Assembly (NCBI GenBank): GCA_902577515.1 | Contig: CACGZJ010000003.1 | Span: 32,418-96,417 of the forward strand | Reading direction: 5' to 3' | DNA from: an uncultured Bacteroidota bacterium | Lineage (GTDB): Bacteria; Bacteroidota; Bacteroidia; Flavobacteriales; Flavobacteriaceae | DNA: 64,000 nucleotides | Shown here: in pieces, positions 40,210-49,391 of the stretch | Position numbering within the stretch: position 1 is the stretch's first letter | Layout: each line of letters starts with the position of its first letter | Position numbers and translations under genes: made by a program | Notes under the pieces: model-generated | Told to the model about the DNA's origin: nothing | Database searches by the model: none | The model's input: the letters and a program-made list of their open reading frames with translations, nothing else

Positions 40210-41403
40210 ATGTTTAAGCCCTACATATATAAGATTGCTTTTCGATATTTTTTTTCAAAAGACTCTAAAACAATTGTAAACAGAATTAATGGTTTTGCTT
40301 TTTTAATGATTGTTACCGCAGCATGTGTTTTATTGGTTGTCCTAAGTGCTTTTGAGGGTCTTAAAGATTTTGGGCTTTTTTACACCAGCTCTTTTGACCC
40401 GGATTATAAAGTGGTACCTAAAAAGGGTAAATACCTTTTTTTAGATCAAGAGAGCCTTAACAATATTAGGGGGTTGGATGGTGTTCTAGGTGTTTCTGAA
40501 GTACTAGAAGAAAAGGTGGTTTTTTCAAATGAGCTAAATTCTGGCGCAACTATGCTTAAAGGAGTGTTTCCTGACTATCATCTTACATCTACACTAGACT
40601 CTCTTTCTCTTGTAGGTGTTTTTTCTCCACTAAAGGAAAACACAATTTATATTGGTGCTGATTTGGCTTCCTCTCTAGAGGTTGTTCTTAGTAAAGAGTT
40701 TTCTCTTCTTGTTACAGCACCTAAAAGTAACGCAAATAGTCTTTTCGATTTTTCTCCTTTTTCTTCTATGAAGTTTGATATTGAGGGTATATATCAAATA
40801 AGTAGTGATATAGAGAAAAAGTATGCGTTTACCTCAATGGCCTCTATGGGTGGTTTAACAGGGGCCCAAGAAAATGCTTTTACGTCTGTTGAGATTTTTT
40901 CCAACAAGTCTCTTGCTGATAAAGATATTATAGCCTTTATTACGAATGAGCTTGGCGAAAACGCTGAAGTATTAACAAAACAGGATTTGAACCCCGCGTT
41001 GTATAAGATGTTAAATACTGAGAATTTTGCCGTATATCTTATTTTTTCTCTAGTTGCTTTGGTCGCCATGTTTAATCTTGTTGGCTCTCTAACAATTATG
41101 ATTGTTGAAAAAAGGCGTGATTTAAGAATTCTTAAATCTCTAGGAGGAGAAAAAAATGATATTAATCAAGTGTTCTTTTTGTTGGGTATAGTAACTTCTT
41201 TTATTGGTGGGGTTGTTGGTGTGTTTTTAGCGTGGCTGATTATATTTTTTCAAAACTCATATTCATTGATATTGGTTCCTGGAACATCTATACCATACCC
41301 CATTTCTTTTACTGTTTCTAACGTCTTTATTGTTTTAACTACAATTATTACGTTGGGTGTGGTTACTTCATTTTGGTCTACAATTAGTTTAAAAGAAGAT
41401 TAA
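40210..41403 (+). CDS. FtsX-like ABC transporter permease (LolC/E-type topology)
   Basis: 397 aa. One N-terminal TM, a large periplasmic domain, and three C-terminal TMs with a MacB/FtsX-type motif (KSLGG). Confidence 0.8.
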   Translation: MFKPYIYKIAFRYFFSKDSKTIVNRINGFAFLMIVTAACVLLVVLSAFEGLKDFGLFYTSSFDPDYKVVPKKGKYLFLDQESLNNIRGLDGVLGVSEVLEEKVVFSNELNSGATMLKGVFPDYHLTSTLDSLSLVGVFSPLKENTIYIGADLASSLEVVLSKEFSLLVTAPKSNANSLFDFSPFSSMKFDIEGIYQISSDIEKKYAFTSMASMGGLTGAQENAFTSVEIFSNKSLADKDIIAFITNELGENAEVLTKQDLNPALYKMLNTENFAVYLIFSLVALVAMFNLVGSLTIMIVEKRRDLRILKSLGGEKNDINQVFFLLGIVTSFIGGVVGVFLAWLIIFFQNSYSLILVPGTSIPYPISFTVSNVFIVLTTIITLGVVTSFWSTISLKED

Positions 41404-42392
41404 ACCAGTTCCTTTTGGGAAAAAGTGTGAATTATTTCATCTAGCTCATGAAAGATTTTGATTGGATCTTTTTCATTAAGTATCCTGCTTTTTGTTTCTT
41501 TAAAGTTTGCAACTCCTTTAAAGTAATTACCATAGTGTCTTCTTGTTTCTAGAACCCCTAAGACCTCGCCTTTCCACTTCACCGCCATCTCTAAATGTCT
41601 TTTTGCCATTCTTGCTTTGTCTGATATTCCTGGTTCTTCTTTTTTGTTGCCTGTACTTAGATAGTGTTTTACTTGGTCAAAAAACCATGGATTTCCTATG
41701 GACGCTCTTCCTATCATAGCTCCATCTAGCCCGTAGTCGTCTCTCATTTCTTTAGCCTTCTCAGGTGAGTTTACATCACCATTCCCAAAAACTGGTATAT
41801 GCATTCTTGGGTTGTTTTTTATCGCAGCTATTTGGGTCCAGTCAGCATCACCTTTATACATTTGAGCTCTTGTTCTTCCATGAATAGAAATTGCTTTTAT
41901 ACCTACATCTTGCAGTCTCTCTGCTACTTCTAATATTTTAATGGATTTTTCATCCCACCCCAGTCTGGTTTTTACGGTAACAGGTAGGCTTGTTCTTTTT
42001 ACTATTTCTTTTGTAAGGCTAACCATTAACGGAATATCTTTCAAAATTCCTGCACCTGCACCTTTACACACTACTTTTTTAACAGGACACCCATAATTAA
42101 TGTCAATAATGTCTGGGTTTGTTTTTTCAACTATGTCTACCGCCCCAAGCATTGAATCAAGGTTTGATCCAAATATTTGAATTCCTACAGGTCTTTCTTT
42201 TGTATATATGTCTAGTTTTTTTGTACTCTTTGATGCGTTTCTAATAAGCCCCTCGCTTGATATAAACTCCGTGTATACAACATCTGCCCCCTCCTCTTTA
42301 CAAAGCGCCCTAAAAGGTGGGTCGCTCACATCTTCCATCGGTGCAAGAAGAAGGGGAAATTTAGGAAGTTCTATGTTACCTATTTTAATCAT
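41400..42392 (-). CDS. dusB: tRNA dihydrouridine synthase B
   Basis: 330 aa. LAPMEDVSD, INYGCPVKKV and HGRTR motifs. Its stop shares TTAA with the convergent permease gene. Confidence 0.92.
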   Translation of the reverse strand: MIKIGNIELPKFPLLLAPMEDVSDPPFRALCKEEGADVVYTEFISSEGLIRNASKSTKKLDIYTKERPVGIQIFGSNLDSMLGAVDIVEKTNPDIIDINYGCPVKKVVCKGAGAGILKDIPLMVSLTKEIVKRTSLPVTVKTRLGWDEKSIKILEVAERLQDVGIKAISIHGRTRAQMYKGDADWTQIAAIKNNPRMHIPVFGNGDVNSPEKAKEMRDDYGLDGAMIGRASIGNPWFFDQVKHYLSTGNKKEEPGISDKARMAKRHLEMAVKWKGEVLGVLETRRHYGNYFKGVANFKETKSRILNEKDPIKIFHELDEIIHTFSQKELV

Positions 42393-42396
42393 GTGG

Positions 42397-42404
42397 CAAA
42401 ATTA
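42397..42404 (-). promoter_or_regulatory. -7 box TAATTTTG (minus strand), 4 nt from the dusB ATG
   Basis: Plus strand reads caaaatta. Only 42393-42396 separate it from the start codon. Confidence 0.6.
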
Positions 42405-42455
42405 ACAATTCTTGAATTTATTTAGCTCTGGCAATTAAAGATTATACAAAGTAAG

Positions 42456-42463
42456 TATCTTTG
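42456..42463 (+). promoter_or_regulatory. -7 box TATCTTTG
   Basis: The track's TTG start for lepA (42461) is the TTG of this box. The 12-mer TATCTTTGTCGA is shared with the pgk promoter. Confidence 0.55.
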
Positions 42464-42478
42464 TCGAAAACACTGGCA

Positions 42479-44278
42479 TTGTCACAAAACATAAGAAACT
42501 TCTGTATTATAGCTCATATTGATCACGGGAAAAGTACTCTCGCTGACCGTCTTTTGGATTTTACCGGCTCTGTTACTGATAGAGAAAAACAGGATCAGCT
42601 TCTTGATGACATGGATCTTGAAAGAGAAAGGGGGATAACTATAAAGTCTCATGCTGTTCAAATGGATTATAAAAGGGGTGATGAGGCTTTTATTTTAAAC
42701 CTTATTGACACCCCTGGTCATGTTGATTTTTCATATGAGGTTTCAAGAGCAATTGCTGCTTGTGAGGGTGCTTTATTGGTTGTGGATGCTGCCCAAAGTA
42801 TTCAAGCACAAACCATTTCAAACCTTTATCTCGCTGTTGATAATGATTTGGAAATAATTCCTGTTGTAAACAAAATTGACCTTCCATCAGCAAACACAGA
42901 GGTTGTAGTTGACGAAATTGTTTCGCTTATTGGTTGTAAACCTGGTGAGGTTGTCCTTGCTTCTGCAAAAACAGGCGAAGGTGTTGAGGGAATACTAAAT
43001 GCAATTGTAGAAAGAATTCCTTCTCCTGGTGGTGATCCCGGCGCTCCATTACAGGCGCTTATTTTTGACTCTGTCTTTAATCCATATAGAGGAATCGAAA
43101 CTTATTTTAAGGTTGTAAACGGAAAAATTTCAAAAGGAAACAAAGTAAAATTTATGTCAACAGGAAAAAACTATGGTGCTGAAGAGGTCGGCACTCTTAA
43201 ATTAACCCAGGTACCAAAACAAGAAGTTTTAACCGGTGATGTTGGCTATCTTATAACAGGAATAAAAGAGGCAAAAGATGTTAAGGTTGGTGACACTATA
43301 ACATTGGCTGAGGAGGGTGGTGTTTCAGCTATTGAAGGGTTTGAAGAGGTAAAGCCTATGGTTTTTGCAGGAATTTATCCTGTTGATACTGACGATTATG
43401 AAGACTTAAGGTCTAGTATGGAAAAACTTCAGCTTAATGATGCTTCGCTGGTTTTTGTGCCCGAGAGCTCTGCTGCCCTTGGTTTTGGTTTTAGGTGTGG
43501 TTTTTTGGGCATGCTTCATCTGGAAATTATTCAAGAAAGGCTTCAGAGAGAATTTAACATGTCTGTTATAACGACAGTGCCAAACGTTTCTTACAACGCC
43601 TACATTAAAAAAGATCCCAACGACGCTATACTTGTTAACAACCCCTCTGATCTTCCTGACCCTTCTCGCCTTGATAGGGTTGAAGAGCCTTATATTGATG
43701 CAACCATTATAACAAAATCAGAGTTTGTTGGTAATGTGTTGACTCTGTGTGTTGAAAAAAGAGGAGAAATAAAAAACCAGCGATACCTGACGCCCGAAAG
43801 AGTTGAGTTAAGCTTTAAGCTTCCTTTAGCAGAAATTGTTTTTGACTTTTATGATCGCTTAAAATCTGTTTCCAAAGGATACGCATCTTTTGACTACTCT
43901 CCCTCTGGTTTTGTTGCTTCAAAGCTTGTTCGTCTTGACATCTTGTTGAACGGAAAATCTGTTGATGCGCTTTCTTCTCTGATCCACGCAGATAATGCAC
44001 AAAGAGTTGGAAGAAAAATGTGCGAAAAACTAAGAGAGTTGATACCAAGACAGCAGTTTGATATTCCTGTTCAGGCGGCTATAGGTGCTAAAATTATTTC
44101 TAGAGAAACAATAAAGGCTTATAGAAAAGATGTAACTGCAAAGCTTTATGGAGGTGATGTAACAAGAAAAAGAAAGCTTCTTGAGAAACAAAAAAGGGGA
44201 AAGAAAAAAATGAGAATGGTTGGGAGTGTAGAAATTCCCCAACAAGCATTTATGGCTGTTTTAAAAATTAACGACTAA
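42479..44278 (+). CDS. lepA: translation elongation factor 4
   Basis: [29 protein letters not shown] and NKID GTPase motifs. I place the start at the in-frame TTG at 42479 (MSQNIRNF..), downstream of the -7 box. The exact start is uncertain. Confidence 0.93.
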   Translation: MSQNIRNFCIIAHIDHGKSTLADRLLDFTGSVTDREKQDQLLDDMDLERERGITIKSHAVQMDYKRGDEAFILNLIDTPGHVDFSYEVSRAIAACEGALLVVDAAQSIQAQTISNLYLAVDNDLEIIPVVNKIDLPSANTEVVVDEIVSLIGCKPGEVVLASAKTGEGVEGILNAIVERIPSPGGDPGAPLQALIFDSVFNPYRGIETYFKVVNGKISKGNKVKFMSTGKNYGAEEVGTLKLTQVPKQEVLTGDVGYLITGIKEAKDVKVGDTITLAEEGGVSAIEGFEEVKPMVFAGIYPVDTDDYEDLRSSMEKLQLNDASLVFVPESSAALGFGFRCGFLGMLHLEIIQERLQREFNMSVITTVPNVSYNAYIKKDPNDAILVNNPSDLPDPSRLDRVEEPYIDATIITKSEFVGNVLTLCVEKRGEIKNQRYLTPERVELSFKLPLAEIVFDFYDRLKSVSKGYASFDYSPSGFVASKLVRLDILLNGKSVDALSSLIHADNAQRVGRKMCEKLRELIPRQQFDIPVQAAIGAKIISRETIKAYRKDVTAKLYGGDVTRKRKLLEKQKRGKKKMRMVGSVEIPQQAFMAVLKIND

Positions 44279-45126
44279 TGAAGCTGCACTCAATAGAGAC
44301 TGGTAATTTTAAACTTGATGGGGGTGCAATGTTTGGTGTTGTTCCTAAAGTTCTTTGGGAAAAAACTAACCCCGCTGATTATAAAAACAGAATAGAGATG
44401 AGCGCTCGCTGTCTATTAATTGAGGATGGTGAAAAACTTACACTTATAGACACTGGTCTTGGAAACAAACAAAGCGAAAAGTTTTTCTCTCACTACGCTA
44501 GGTCTGGAGACATGACCCTTGAAAGTTCTCTAGCTTCTTGCGGGTTTAGTGTTGATGATGTTACTGACGTATTTCTCACACACCTTCATTTTGACCATTG
44601 TGGTGGTGCAACCAAAAGAGAGGGTGATAAAATTGTTCCTGTTTTTAAAAACGCAAAGATTTGGTGCTCTAAAAGCCATTGGGAGTGGGCAAACGTTAGC
44701 CCAAACCCAAGGGAAAAAGCCTCTTTTTTAGAGGAAAACCTTTTGCCATTAAAAGGGTCCGGACAGTTAAATCTTTTTGACGGCACTGAAGATGGTTTTT
44801 GTTCTGAGCTTGGTTTTGATATTTTGTTAGTTGATGGCCACACTGAAAAAATGGCTTTGCCGAAAGTTCAATATAAAGGAAAGACAATTCTTTTTGCCTC
44901 AGATCTTGTGCCCACAGCTGGTCACATTCCCATCCCTTATCTTATGGGGTATGACGTGAGGCCTCTTATTACAATGGAAGAAAAAACAAGAATTTTAAAC
45001 AGCTTAGTGGAAAACAATTCTTTAGTTTTTCTTCAACACGACCCCTTAAATGAGGTTGCGTTTTTAAAGAAAACAGAGAAAGGTGTAAGGTTTGACAGGT
45101 CTTGTGCGCTTAAAGAACTTTTTTAA
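44278..45126 (+). CDS. MBL-fold metallo-hydrolase
   Basis: 282 aa with the THLHFDHCGG motif. The start overlaps the lepA stop (TAATG). Confidence 0.8.
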   Translation: MKLHSIETGNFKLDGGAMFGVVPKVLWEKTNPADYKNRIEMSARCLLIEDGEKLTLIDTGLGNKQSEKFFSHYARSGDMTLESSLASCGFSVDDVTDVFLTHLHFDHCGGATKREGDKIVPVFKNAKIWCSKSHWEWANVSPNPREKASFLEENLLPLKGSGQLNLFDGTEDGFCSELGFDILLVDGHTEKMALPKVQYKGKTILFASDLVPTAGHIPIPYLMGYDVRPLITMEEKTRILNSLVENNSLVFLQHDPLNEVAFLKKTEKGVRFDRSCALKELF

Positions 45127-45127
45127 A

Positions 45128-45439
45128 ATGAGACCATTAAAAGGAAATAAAAAGGTTGGTTTGCTTTTTGATAAAGGGCTGTGGTTTTCATCTAAGTTTG
45201 TACGTTGTGTTTTTTTGAAGCGGGAAACAGATGAATTGTTTTATGTTGTCTCTGTTCCTAAAAAGTCTTTTCCCAGTGCTGTTGACAGAAATAAAATAAA
45301 AAGACAGCTTAGAGAAATTTTAAGAAAAAATGAGGTGTTGTTTAAAAAGAACGGTTTTGGTTGGTATATGATTATATACAACCACTCTTCTTTTATGGAC
45401 TTTGAAGCTCTAAACAAAGATGTTTGTTCTCTTTTTTAA
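45128..45439 (+). CDS. rnpA: ribonuclease P protein component
   Basis: I start it at MRPLKG (ATG 45128), 1 nt after the MBL gene stop. It has the basic RNR motif AVDRNKIKRQLRE. Confidence 0.85.
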   Translation: MRPLKGNKKVGLLFDKGLWFSSKFVRCVFLKRETDELFYVVSVPKKSFPSAVDRNKIKRQLREILRKNEVLFKKNGFGWYMIIYNHSSFMDFEALNKDVCSLF

Positions 45440-45440
45440 A

Positions 45441-45890
45441 TTATGGTATAATGAACATTGCGCAGTGAGGAATTCCGTCTTCCATATACCCCTCGCCTCT
45501 TCTTTCAAAGCCTAATTCAACATAAAATTTTTCCAAATAAGCTTGGGCTGAAATTTTAATCTCTTGTTTGCTAAACTTAGTTTTACAAACCTCTATAGAT
45601 TTTTTAACAAGTTCTTTTCCTATTCCTTTTCCTCTCTCTTTTTTAACCACTACCAACCTTCCAAACCCCGGATTGTTTTCATAATAATCTCCTTTATCAA
45701 AGACTCTTGCATAAGCAACCAGTTCTTCTTTTATTAACCCGCACAGATGAATAGCTTCATAGTCTTTTCTGTCAAAATCGTTGTATAGTATTTCTTGTTC
45801 TACCACAAAAACCTCTGACCTTACTCTTGATATTTCATATAATTCTTTTGTAGTAAGCTCCTGGAATTTTTTTTCTTTCCACTCAATCAT
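45441..45890 (-). CDS. elaA: GNAT N-acetyltransferase, ElaA-like
   Basis: 149 aa. It is collinear by eye with E. coli ElaA (MIEW...L....LY....R..VFVVEQ, LVAYARV, EDGIPH). Confidence 0.8.
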   Translation of the reverse strand: MIEWKEKKFQELTTKELYEISRVRSEVFVVEQEILYNDFDRKDYEAIHLCGLIKEELVAYARVFDKGDYYENNPGFGRLVVVKKERGKGIGKELVKKSIEVCKTKFSKQEIKISAQAYLEKFYVELGFERRGEGYMEDGIPHCAMFIIP

Positions 45891-46317
45891 TTTTATCTAT
45901 TTTTTTTATTCTTCTCTCGTGTCTTCCACCCTCAAACTCCTCTTTAATAAAAACATCTACTATGTTTAATATTTTGTCACTACTTAAAAATCTTGATGGT
46001 ATGCTTATTATGTTCGCTTTGTTGTGCTTTTTGGCTAGGGATGCTATTTCTTCACTCCAGCAAATTGCTGCCCTTATCCCTTTATGTTTGTTTGCTGTCA
46101 TTGCTGCTCCGTTTCCACTTCCACAAACTATAATCCCAATTTCTGCCTTACCTTCCTTTACTTCTTTTGATACTGGGTGAATATAATCTGGATAGTCTAC
46201 GCTTTCTTTTCCATCATAACCTTTGTTGATAACAGCGTGTCCTTTTTTCGTGAGATGTTCTTTAATTTTTTCTTTAACCTCTACTCCTGCGTGATCGTTC
46301 CCTATTACAATTTTCAT
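45883..46317 (-). CDS. rpiB: ribose-5-phosphate isomerase B
   Basis: 144 aa. MKIVIGNDHAG, CGSGNG and GGRHERR motifs. Confidence 0.92.
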   Translation of the reverse strand: MKIVIGNDHAGVEVKEKIKEHLTKKGHAVINKGYDGKESVDYPDYIHPVSKEVKEGKAEIGIIVCGSGNGAAMTANKHKGIRAAICWSEEIASLAKKHNKANIISIPSRFLSSDKILNIVDVFIKEEFEGGRHERRIKKIDKND

Positions 46318-46709
46318 TTATGTTAAATTAATAATTCCTTTATTATTTTTTCATATGTTGTTAATAGTTGATTTCTTATTCTTGATAACTATTTTTCTTT
46401 TTTATTTATTTACTTTTTTCATTCTTTTTTAACCGGTCTTCATTTTTATTTTTTATTTTTTTTTTAACTTAATTTTGTTTGTTTCGGTTGTTAACACATG
46501 TTTGTTTTTCACTTTATTTTTTGTTTATCAATAGTTTAGGTTGTTAATTAATTGTTCACTTTGTTTTATTTGTGTTCATTGCTTTTTTCCTTTAAAGATT
46601 TATTAAGAAATTAACATACTATATATAGATAATTAAATTTTTAGATAAAACTATAATAATTATGTTTAAATGTTTATTGGTAATAAAAAGATATAGGTTT
46701 TAATAAAAC

Positions 46710-46717
46710 TATATTTG
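46710..46717 (+). promoter_or_regulatory. -7 box TATATTTG
   Basis: Lies 13 nt upstream of the rnr ATG at 46731. Confidence 0.5.
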
Positions 46718-46730
46718 AATAAAACTTATA

Positions 46731-48881
46731 ATGAGTAAAAAGAAGAAAGAATTAAAGGTATTAGAAAGGAAAATTACTTCACTTATTTCGTCACCAACTT
46801 TAAAAGAATTCAACTATAAACAAATAGCTTTCGCTTTAGGAGTTAGTGATACCAAAGGAAGAAATGACATTATAAAAATTTTAAATATACTATTAAAAAA
46901 AGAAAAAATAATTAAAGTAGGAAGAGGAAAGTTTATAGCCCCAGCAGTTCAAGGAGAAATTGCAGAAGGAGTTCTGGAGATAACAACTACAGGAAGAGGA
47001 TATGTTGTTTGTGAAGAACTAGATGAAGATGTAATGGTAGAAAACAAGCACCTAAACAAAGGGCTACACGGAGACATAGTAGAGGTTTTGGTAGGAGAAA
47101 AAAAATATAAAAACAGATACGAAGGAAAAGTTATAAATGTTTTAAAAAGAAACAAAAAAGTGTTTGTGGGAGTGTTTGAAAAAAACAAGGACTACGGATT
47201 TGTAAACACAAGGAATGCTAGAATGTACACAGACATCTTTATTGAAAAAGAGGAAATGAAAGGATATAAAACAGGAGAAACAGTTGCGGTAGAAATAAAA
47301 AAATGGGAAAAATCAAACAACTCACCAGAGGGAAGAATAGTAAAAACATTTGGATTTGAAAGCGACTCTCTGGACGCTTATTCTATTTTATATGAGTATG
47401 GTTTGTCTCCCGAGTTTGAAGAAAAAGTAGAAAAAGAGGCAAAAAAAATTGATAAAAAAATATCAAAAGAAGAGGAAAAGAAAAGAAGGGACATGAGAGA
47501 AGAGATGACTTTTACTATTGACCCTTTAGACGCAAAGGATTTTGATGATGCAATTTCTTTTAAAAAAATTGACAAGGAAAGGTTTGAAATAGGGGTTCAT
47601 ATAGCAGACGTTTCACACTATGTTACACCAGGCAGCGTAATAGACGAAGAAGCACAAAAAAGAGCGACCTCTGTTTATTTGGTTGATAGAGTTATACCCA
47701 TGTTGCCAGAAACACTTTCAAACAATCTCTGTTCGCTAAGGCCTAATGAAGAAAAATTAACTTTCTCAGCAGTTTTTATAATGAAAAAAAACGGACAAGT
47801 TTTAGAAGAGTGGTTTGGTAAAACAATAACAGAATCAAACCACAGGCTTTCCTATGAAGAAGCTCAACACATCATAGAAACAGAAGAGAAAATAATTCCT
47901 AAAGAAAAAACAATTTTAAATAAAGAAAAAAAGGTAACAAACAACCTGGTTGATGCGGTTACAACCCTAAACCAGGTAGCGAAAACAATAAGAAAAAAAA
48001 GAATAAACAACGGAGCAATTATTTTTGATAAGTCTGAAATAAAATTTAAGCTAGACGAAAAAAACAACCCGAAAGAAGTGGTTTTTAAAACAGCTAAAAG
48101 CGCAAACAAATTAATAGAAGAGTTTATGCTTCTTGCTAATAGGAAGGTGGCAGAAAAAATGAAAAAAGGGAAAGAAAGGTTTGTTTTTAGAGTACACGAT
48201 CAACCAGACGAAGAAAAGCTAAAAAACTTGCAAACGGTTGTGAAAAGGCTGGGATATAATCTTGATCTAAAAAAGAACAACCTTAATGATTCCCTAAACA
48301 CACTCCTTGAAAACACATTTGGAAAAAACGAACAAAACCTGATAGACACACTAATGATAAGAAGCATGAGCAAGGCAGAGTACACAACAAAAAACATTGG
48401 TCATTATGGATTAGCGTTTGACAACTATACACACTTCACTTCACCAATTAGAAGATATCCAGACGTTCTGGTTCATAGGCTTATAGAGGCAGAATTGAAA
48501 AATGATAAAATAAAAACAGAGGAACTGGAAGCCCTTTGTAATCATTCAACTCACATGGAAATACTTGCCACCAAAGCGGAGAGGGACTCTATAAAGCTAA
48601 TGCAGATTAAATATATGCTAGATAAAGAAGGAAAAATTTTTGAAGCAGTTATTTCTGGAGTAACAGCAAGGGGGGTGTTCGTTGAGGTTGTAGAGAATAA
48701 ATGTGAGGGGTTGGTTAAAGCAAAAGACTTACCGGGTGACTTTTATATTCATGATGAAAAAAACCACCAGTTTGTAGGAGAAAAGACAGAAAAAAAATAT
48801 CAGCTTGGTGACAAAACAAGGGTAATGTTAATAAAAGCTGATCAAGTAAAAAGAAGAATAGACTTCCAAATACTGAGTTGA
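46731..48881 (+). CDS. rnr: ribonuclease R
   Basis: 716 aa. Cold-shock-like N-terminal domains, RNB catalytic motifs (IDPLDAKDFDDAIS, YLVDRVIPMLP, HYGLA...YTHFTSPIRRYPD) and a C-terminal S1 domain. Confidence 0.93.
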   Translation: MSKKKKELKVLERKITSLISSPTLKEFNYKQIAFALGVSDTKGRNDIIKILNILLKKEKIIKVGRGKFIAPAVQGEIAEGVLEITTTGRGYVVCEELDEDVMVENKHLNKGLHGDIVEVLVGEKKYKNRYEGKVINVLKRNKKVFVGVFEKNKDYGFVNTRNARMYTDIFIEKEEMKGYKTGETVAVEIKKWEKSNNSPEGRIVKTFGFESDSLDAYSILYEYGLSPEFEEKVEKEAKKIDKKISKEEEKKRRDMREEMTFTIDPLDAKDFDDAISFKKIDKERFEIGVHIADVSHYVTPGSVIDEEAQKRATSVYLVDRVIPMLPETLSNNLCSLRPNEEKLTFSAVFIMKKNGQVLEEWFGKTITESNHRLSYEEAQHIIETEEKIIPKEKTILNKEKKVTNNLVDAVTTLNQVAKTIRKKRINNGAIIFDKSEIKFKLDEKNNPKEVVFKTAKSANKLIEEFMLLANRKVAEKMKKGKERFVFRVHDQPDEEKLKNLQTVVKRLGYNLDLKKNNLNDSLNTLLENTFGKNEQNLIDTLMIRSMSKAEYTTKNIGHYGLAFDNYTHFTSPIRRYPDVLVHRLIEAELKNDKIKTEELEALCNHSTHMEILATKAERDSIKLMQIKYMLDKEGKIFEAVISGVTARGVFVEVVENKCEGLVKAKDLPGDFYIHDEKNHQFVGEKTEKKYQLGDKTRVMLIKADQVKRRIDFQILS

Positions 48882-48951
48882 GGCATCGAGCGGATTCGAA
48901 CCGCTGTAAAAGCTTTTGCAGAGCTCCGCCTAGCCACTCGGCCACAATGCC
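48881..48951 (-). tRNA. tRNA-Cys (GCA)
   Basis: The minus-strand sequence GGCATTGTGGCCGAGTGGCTAGGCGGAGCTCTGCAAAAGCTTTTACAGCGGTTCGAATCCGCTCGATGCCT has a 7-bp acceptor stem, a CTGCAAA anticodon loop and a GGTTCGAAT T-loop. It has the U73 discriminator characteristic of tRNA-Cys. Its 3' end overlaps the last base of the rnr stop codon. Confidence 0.9.
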
Positions 48952-48960
48952 TTTAGGGTG

Positions 48961-48968
48961 CAAAAATA
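48961..48968 (-). promoter_or_regulatory. -7 box TATTTTTG (minus strand) for tRNA-Cys
   Basis: Plus strand reads caaaaata. It lies 9 nt upstream of the mature tRNA 5' end, inside the 26-nt gap after folB. Confidence 0.55.
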
Positions 48969-48977
48969 GAAAAAAGA

Positions 48978-49328
48978 TTAAACTTTTTTTCTTAATTCTA
49001 CAGAATCTGCACAACCACCAATAGGAGGGTTGATTTTTTTAATACTTACATCAACAGAAACAATGTTTTTGTCAAGCTGATTTATGGAAGAAATAATCCT
49101 TTCCATAACAACCTCTAATAATTTTGAAGGAGTGTCCATTTCTTTCTTTATAGCATTGTAAACATCAACATAGTCAACCGTGTTTTCAAGACTATCATTT
49201 ATTTCTGCCATCGAGGTGTCAAACTCTACAGACGCATTAACCAAATATTCCCCACCAATAATCGTTTCTTCACTAAGACATCCATGGAAGGAATAAAACC
49301 AAGCGTTATTTACAGATATTTTTGACAA
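48978..49328 (-). CDS. folB: dihydroneopterin aldolase
   Basis: The FolB pattern is present (..FYSFHGCLSEE..IGGEY.V...V.. and ..DSLENTVDY..VY). I place the start at the TTG at 49328 (MSKISVNN..), because the track's ATG at 49424 overlaps glnS and lies upstream of the -7 box. Confidence 0.8.
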   Translation of the reverse strand: MSKISVNNAWFYSFHGCLSEETIIGGEYLVNASVEFDTSMAEINDSLENTVDYVDVYNAIKKEMDTPSKLLEVVMERIISSINQLDKNIVSVDVSIKKINPPIGGCADSVELRKKV

Positions 49329-49336
49329 AATATTTC

Positions 49337-49344
49337 CAAAGATA
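49337..49344 (-). promoter_or_regulatory. -7 box TATCTTTG (minus strand)
   Basis: Plus strand reads caaagata. It lies 8 nt upstream of the folB TTG at 49328. Confidence 0.5.
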
Positions 49345-49378
49345 TAAAACCAAGCAAACAATCTATCAACCTTTTCAA

Positions 49379-49386
49379 TATCTTTG
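49379..49386 (+). promoter_or_regulatory. -7 box TATCTTTG, 5 nt from the glnS GTG
   Basis: Only aaaaa separates the box from the GTG at 49392. Confidence 0.6.
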
Positions 49387-49391
49387 AAAAA

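Noticed and set aside
46318-46730. The AT-rich spacer as oriC, given parS 7 kb away and origin-type genes nearby
   Set aside because: Reading both strands I found no 9-mer within 2 mismatches of the DnaA box TTATCCACA. The closest, TTGTTCACT and TTTTTCACT, have 3 mismatches. There is no clear switch of gene orientation around it. I kept it as an unexplained spacer rather than calling it an origin.
46318-46730. Mini-ORFs on the minus strand of the spacer (MNTNKTK*, MKTG*, MKKVNK*, MKK*)
   Set aside because: They are 2-7 codons long in an A-rich sequence where ATG and stop codons arise by chance. They have no recognisable promoter or conserved peptide.
48715-49014. A 99-aa minus-strand ORF
   Set aside because: It reads straight through tRNA-Cys and the antisense 3' end of rnr. 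It is an artefact of the open frame.
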